From NCBI GenBank assembly GCA_002104905.1, contig MCFE01000456.1, positions 1-64,000 of the forward strand: a DNA stretch of 64,000 nt. Reading direction: 5' to 3'. Positions 60,401 through 64,000 of this stretch are shown here, one piece after another; within the stretch, counting starts at the first letter, position 1; every line of letters begins with the position of its first letter. The notes under the pieces are model-generated. The model was not told where the DNA came from. It ran no database searches and saw only the letters and a program-made list of their open reading frames with translations. The DNA is from Basidiobolus meristosporus CBS 931.73. Lineage: Eukaryota; Fungi; Basidiobolomycota. Position numbers and translations under genes: made by a program.

Positions 60401-61306
60401 TGGGAATGGTTGTATTTCTGAGTCACTCCTTTATTTTGCAAACATGTTGTGATGCTCCAGGGTCAATATACCACTTATTACTCTGATTACTGGCACTATG
60501 TTGTACAGTTACAACTAACTGCTCACATGTAGTTGTATGATATGCCTGCTCTGGTTTTGGCTTTGTTCAACTTTTTTCTTCTTGCATTCTCTTGCCCAGT
60601 GTCCTGGCTATCTCCAGCAGTTACTGCATCCAGGTTTTCTTTGGTTTTGTTGCTTTCCCTTCTGTTTTGTGTGCCTTTTGGAGCTGAATAAAGCATGGAC
60701 TTCAACTTTCTCTGCTTGATCATTATATCTGAGTTCCTTGTGGGGAAGTCTTCCTTTGATATAGTTGGAGGTCAGATTGTCCAAAGCTTTCTTTCCTCAA
60801 TGTGGATCTGCATTGTGATTCTCCAAAATCTGTAGTTCTTTCCATCAAAAATCTCCCTTACAGGGAGGATGTTTGTGTTGTTCTGCTTGCTAGTAGAAGT
60901 AGTATTTATAATAGATTAAGGCAAGTGGGGCTCAAAACCTGTTGCAATTTTAGATGTGATTTGAATAGTAGGAACTTATTAAGAAGTAGTGATAATAGTA
61001 GAACCATTGATTATTCATAAAGAAGCTCAGTATTGATGCCTTTGCAGAAGTAATACAGTGTAACACTAAGTAAGGAGATTTTCTCAACATTCAGGAGAAT
61101 ACTATAACAGTTTAAGGATTAATACATAATGATTGGTAAAATGCTAATTTGATCTTGTCTTGAGGGGAGTAATCATTAAATCATAGATATGTACAAAAGT
61201 GGCATATTTAGGGCTGCAAATGAGTCCTACAGTGACTAAACTAGTCCAGAGCTGTTAAGTAAGCTTTTAGCTGCTGAATGATACCAAATATCCTAATATT
61301 GTAAAA
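57440..61306 (-). mobile_element. Old, degraded Ty1/copia element C of a different family (3867 bp)
   Basis: LTRs 57440-57796 and 60940-61306; TSD GTGTC (57435-39 and 61307-11); PBS GGTTTTGAGCCC 60928-39; PPT at 57797. Relics of WYIDPGAS, WHRRLEHI, HSDICG, DKYKARFVAKGY and PYQSMVGGL; most of RNase H is deleted. Confidence 0.88.
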
Positions 61307-61784
61307 GTGTCCAACACTTGTCAAGTGTTTTGTGTGCGGGGTGTTTGCTGGGTGCAACAACCTCTGGCAAAAGCTTGCTAGCAATATTTGGGTTTTGTCT
61401 CTACTCTAATGTGAAGTGGTGTAAAGCCACAAGTTTGCCATGGGCAAACTAATGAGCTACATATTCTAACTTAGTTGACATGTTAACAAAGGTATGTGTT
61501 GGGATCAACATCCATTGAGATGCCAGTGTAATAAAACTTCCAAAGTCAAAGCAGCGGTAAACTCTACCAGCAGGAACTTGACAAGGATGCAGCTGTGCTC
61601 AACTGTTACAAATATAGAAGAATATTGTTGCCTGTACAACAATGAGCTTGTGAAAGAATCAGATATAATAGAAGACACCAACCCTAGGTATTCCTTATAA
61701 GTGGTGCCTCTATGGTTGGTTGGTTGTCAGTGTGGCTTCCTGGCAGTGTTCTGTGGTCCATGAGTGAAAGTTCAGGTAGCAGCT

Positions 61785-63310
61785 GGTGGCAGTGATCACA
61801 CTAATCAACAAGTTGCTATATTGATAAAAAGGATGATGATTTCTTGTAGAGGGATTGCCTCCCTTATTTACTTTTCTCACTGGCCAAGTGACTACCAATT
61901 GTGATGTTCTGGAAGGTTTCAGAGATCAATAGGATTCTTCTTGATATCAGAATGCGCTAGGAATGTTCTAAGTAGAAGCAAAATGGTTCCAAGAGGCATA
62001 GCACATCCAACCAATCAGGGATCAGCATTCTGCACCCTGCAGAACATAGGCACCACATATGGATAAAAATGGTAGGCAGCTTACAGGATAGCACTGATCA
62101 GACAAGACAAATGGGATACAAATAAAATAGGGGTAGTGGAGAAGTAGGGAAGTAAAATATGGGAATGAGCACCCCTGTCAGTTGTTCTCCCTATAACCCC
62201 ATCACACTGTCAGTAAATCTTTACTGCAAAAGATGAGTGATAACCTGGGGGCAACAACAGCCAATCTAAATGACAGACTCCTTGTGCCTGAACTAGTGTG
62301 GAACCTACTCTCAGTGAGTGATGCAACTACTAAGGGACTGAAATTTGCTTTTACTAAGCTGTGCTGCTTACATTTGATTGAATAGGACAAAGATTAGCTT
62401 AGGGAATCAGAGATCATAATATTTACCAGTAACAATGCATGACCATTGTACCTGAGTATGTGGATATTGTGCACTCAGACATATGTTGGCTATGGGAATA
62501 CTATCCATTAGAGCCAGGAGATACTTTACAAAATTTACTGATGACAGAGTTTGATTTTTATGGGTGAACTCCCTGAAGATAAAGGATGCAGCTTTAGAGA
62601 TATTGAAGCTATTGAAGAGCATGGCAAAACCACAAACTAAGTTTAAGTCAATGGTACTTTAGGGTAACATTGGAGGAGAATACTGTTCTAAGGAATTAAC
62701 AGAATAATGCTCAACTACTGTTATACTTCAGCAAATCACTGTCCTGCTGTGGTAGGGTAAACATACCTCCCACAGCCAAGTTTATTCATATAGCCATTAT
62801 GATATACTTATCCATATTTTATCTCATCAGTATTATCCCATTCTTCTTTTGCCCATATTATCAATATGATCCCCATATGATGTTTACCCTGATTAGTTAT
62901 TAGCATTGGTTATCCCAGATGTTATTCAGCTTTGTGATCAGTGTATGTATCTACATAATGCAAGTACCGGTGTCAGTACCCATGAAACATGACCTAGGTC
63001 TGTTTTACCATCCCTGCCATTTCAATACCATATATTGTATTTCTATGTTGCACAGGTTACAGACTACTGATTCCTGATTGGTTGGATGTGCTGTGCCTTT
63101 TAGAACCTTGCAGGACATTCTTGGTGTATTTTTAGCTCATAGTGATGTGATCAAGAATTCTGCTGATGCCTAGAATCTTCTAGAACCTTGTCATTAGTGA
63201 TCACTTGGCAATCAGGAAAAGCATTTAAGGGAGAGCAATCCCTCATCAATAAATTATCCCTTTTATCAGTAACACTTCTGTCTTACTGATCAGCAGTTGA
63301 TCACTGCCCC
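61785..63310. repeat. Imperfect inverted repeat (about 300 bp arms, 61785-62075 and 63015-63310, roughly 70% identity) around a spacer of about 0.95 kb
   Basis: Shared cores ggcagtgatca, gagggattgc, gccaagtga, gcacatccaaccaatcagg. Confidence 0.75.
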
Positions 63311-64000
63311 TGCCTTCAACAGTACATCTCAGACCTGCCATCAAGGAGCTTTTCAGGGTAGTGCACAAGACACACAGAGGTCTTTGGAGACACTTGGAGC
63401 ACCTAGGAAGCTAGAGAAGCAGGAGCTCTTGTTACAAGTCTTGGTATAAGTACTGTAGAGGAGTAGGGAGTGATCTTTATTAAGGTTCCAGCAGCTCCTT
63501 GTATACATTTTGCCAGATCAATTGCTGACTAATTGTATTTCCTAATGTAGGTTGTGGCTGATGACTCATTTGATTGCATCATCATCACCCAATAAGATCC
63601 TACTTAATATATCTATTTTTATCTGATAAGGATCTGCTGATTCAGTTGCTGACTAATGTTACTGATATGATAGATAATAGTGATATACTGATTACCTAAA
63701 CATATATCTAATTGATTTGACTAAAAACTGATCTAACTTAAACATTCCAGCGGCAGATCATAACACTTTAACCATAGTGGCATATTGACAATGACACCAG
63801 CAGTTTATATACAGAGGTTATCGCACCCATCAGACACCTCACACACCTTGAGTAGTGTAGCTTCTCCCAGGAGTACCTCTACACCACCACACCGCACACT
63901 CTGTAGCTAAATGGAGTAGCAGAACATGTAAATGGGACCAAAATAGAGAAGGCAGCATATATACTCTATGATAAGTGAATAGACAATAAGTGTTAGCTGA

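Noticed and set aside
63430-63744. TGTTACAAG...TTAAACA candidate solo LTR
   Set aside because: No TSD and no second copy; cannot be separated from general TE debris.
52247-64000. Classical Neurospora-type RIP
   Set aside because: CpA and TpG remain abundant and GC stays near 40%. The loss is specific to CpG.

Overview
Eukaryotic genomic DNA from a fungus, standard genetic code, short GT-AG introns of about 50-75 nt. An early-diverging lineage (Zoopagomycota/Entomophthoromycotina-like) is my inference from gene content, not a proven assignment. No rRNA, tRNA or CRISPR array could be supported. The window has two compartments. (1) About 4-41.5 kb is gene-dense and CpG-rich: AA11 LPMO with a CBM5/12 chitin-binding domain, an MDR-family oxidoreductase, ubiquitin-L40, IPK1, a P-loop kinase with a low-complexity tail, a secreted HEXXH metallopeptidase, a mitochondrial oxodicarboxylate carrier, a PAP2-fold protein lacking its catalytic motifs, GH20 hexosaminidase, AP-1 mu, a PTR2 transporter, a strongly divergent histone H4, an orphan ORF and a Nudix hydrolase. 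(2) About 41.5-64 kb is a deeply nested and almost CpG-free transposon graveyard dominated by one Ty1/copia family with 349-bp LTRs and half-tRNA(iMet) priming. It also holds an older copia, Ty3/gypsy-like gag relics and a CACTA-like unit with long TIRs. LTR relics of the same copia family also lie at 2.3-3.2 kb and 6.8-7.1 kb. The most unusual signals are: an LTR element with intact TSDs whose precise in-frame 2-kb deletion fuses the ATG inside the primer-binding site to an open 645-codon RT-RNase H frame; cross-shared SNPs among the four young LTRs; the H4 variant; the PAP2 pseudo-enzyme; and the TIR-bounded CACTA/gag chimera. All alignments and counts were done by eye.
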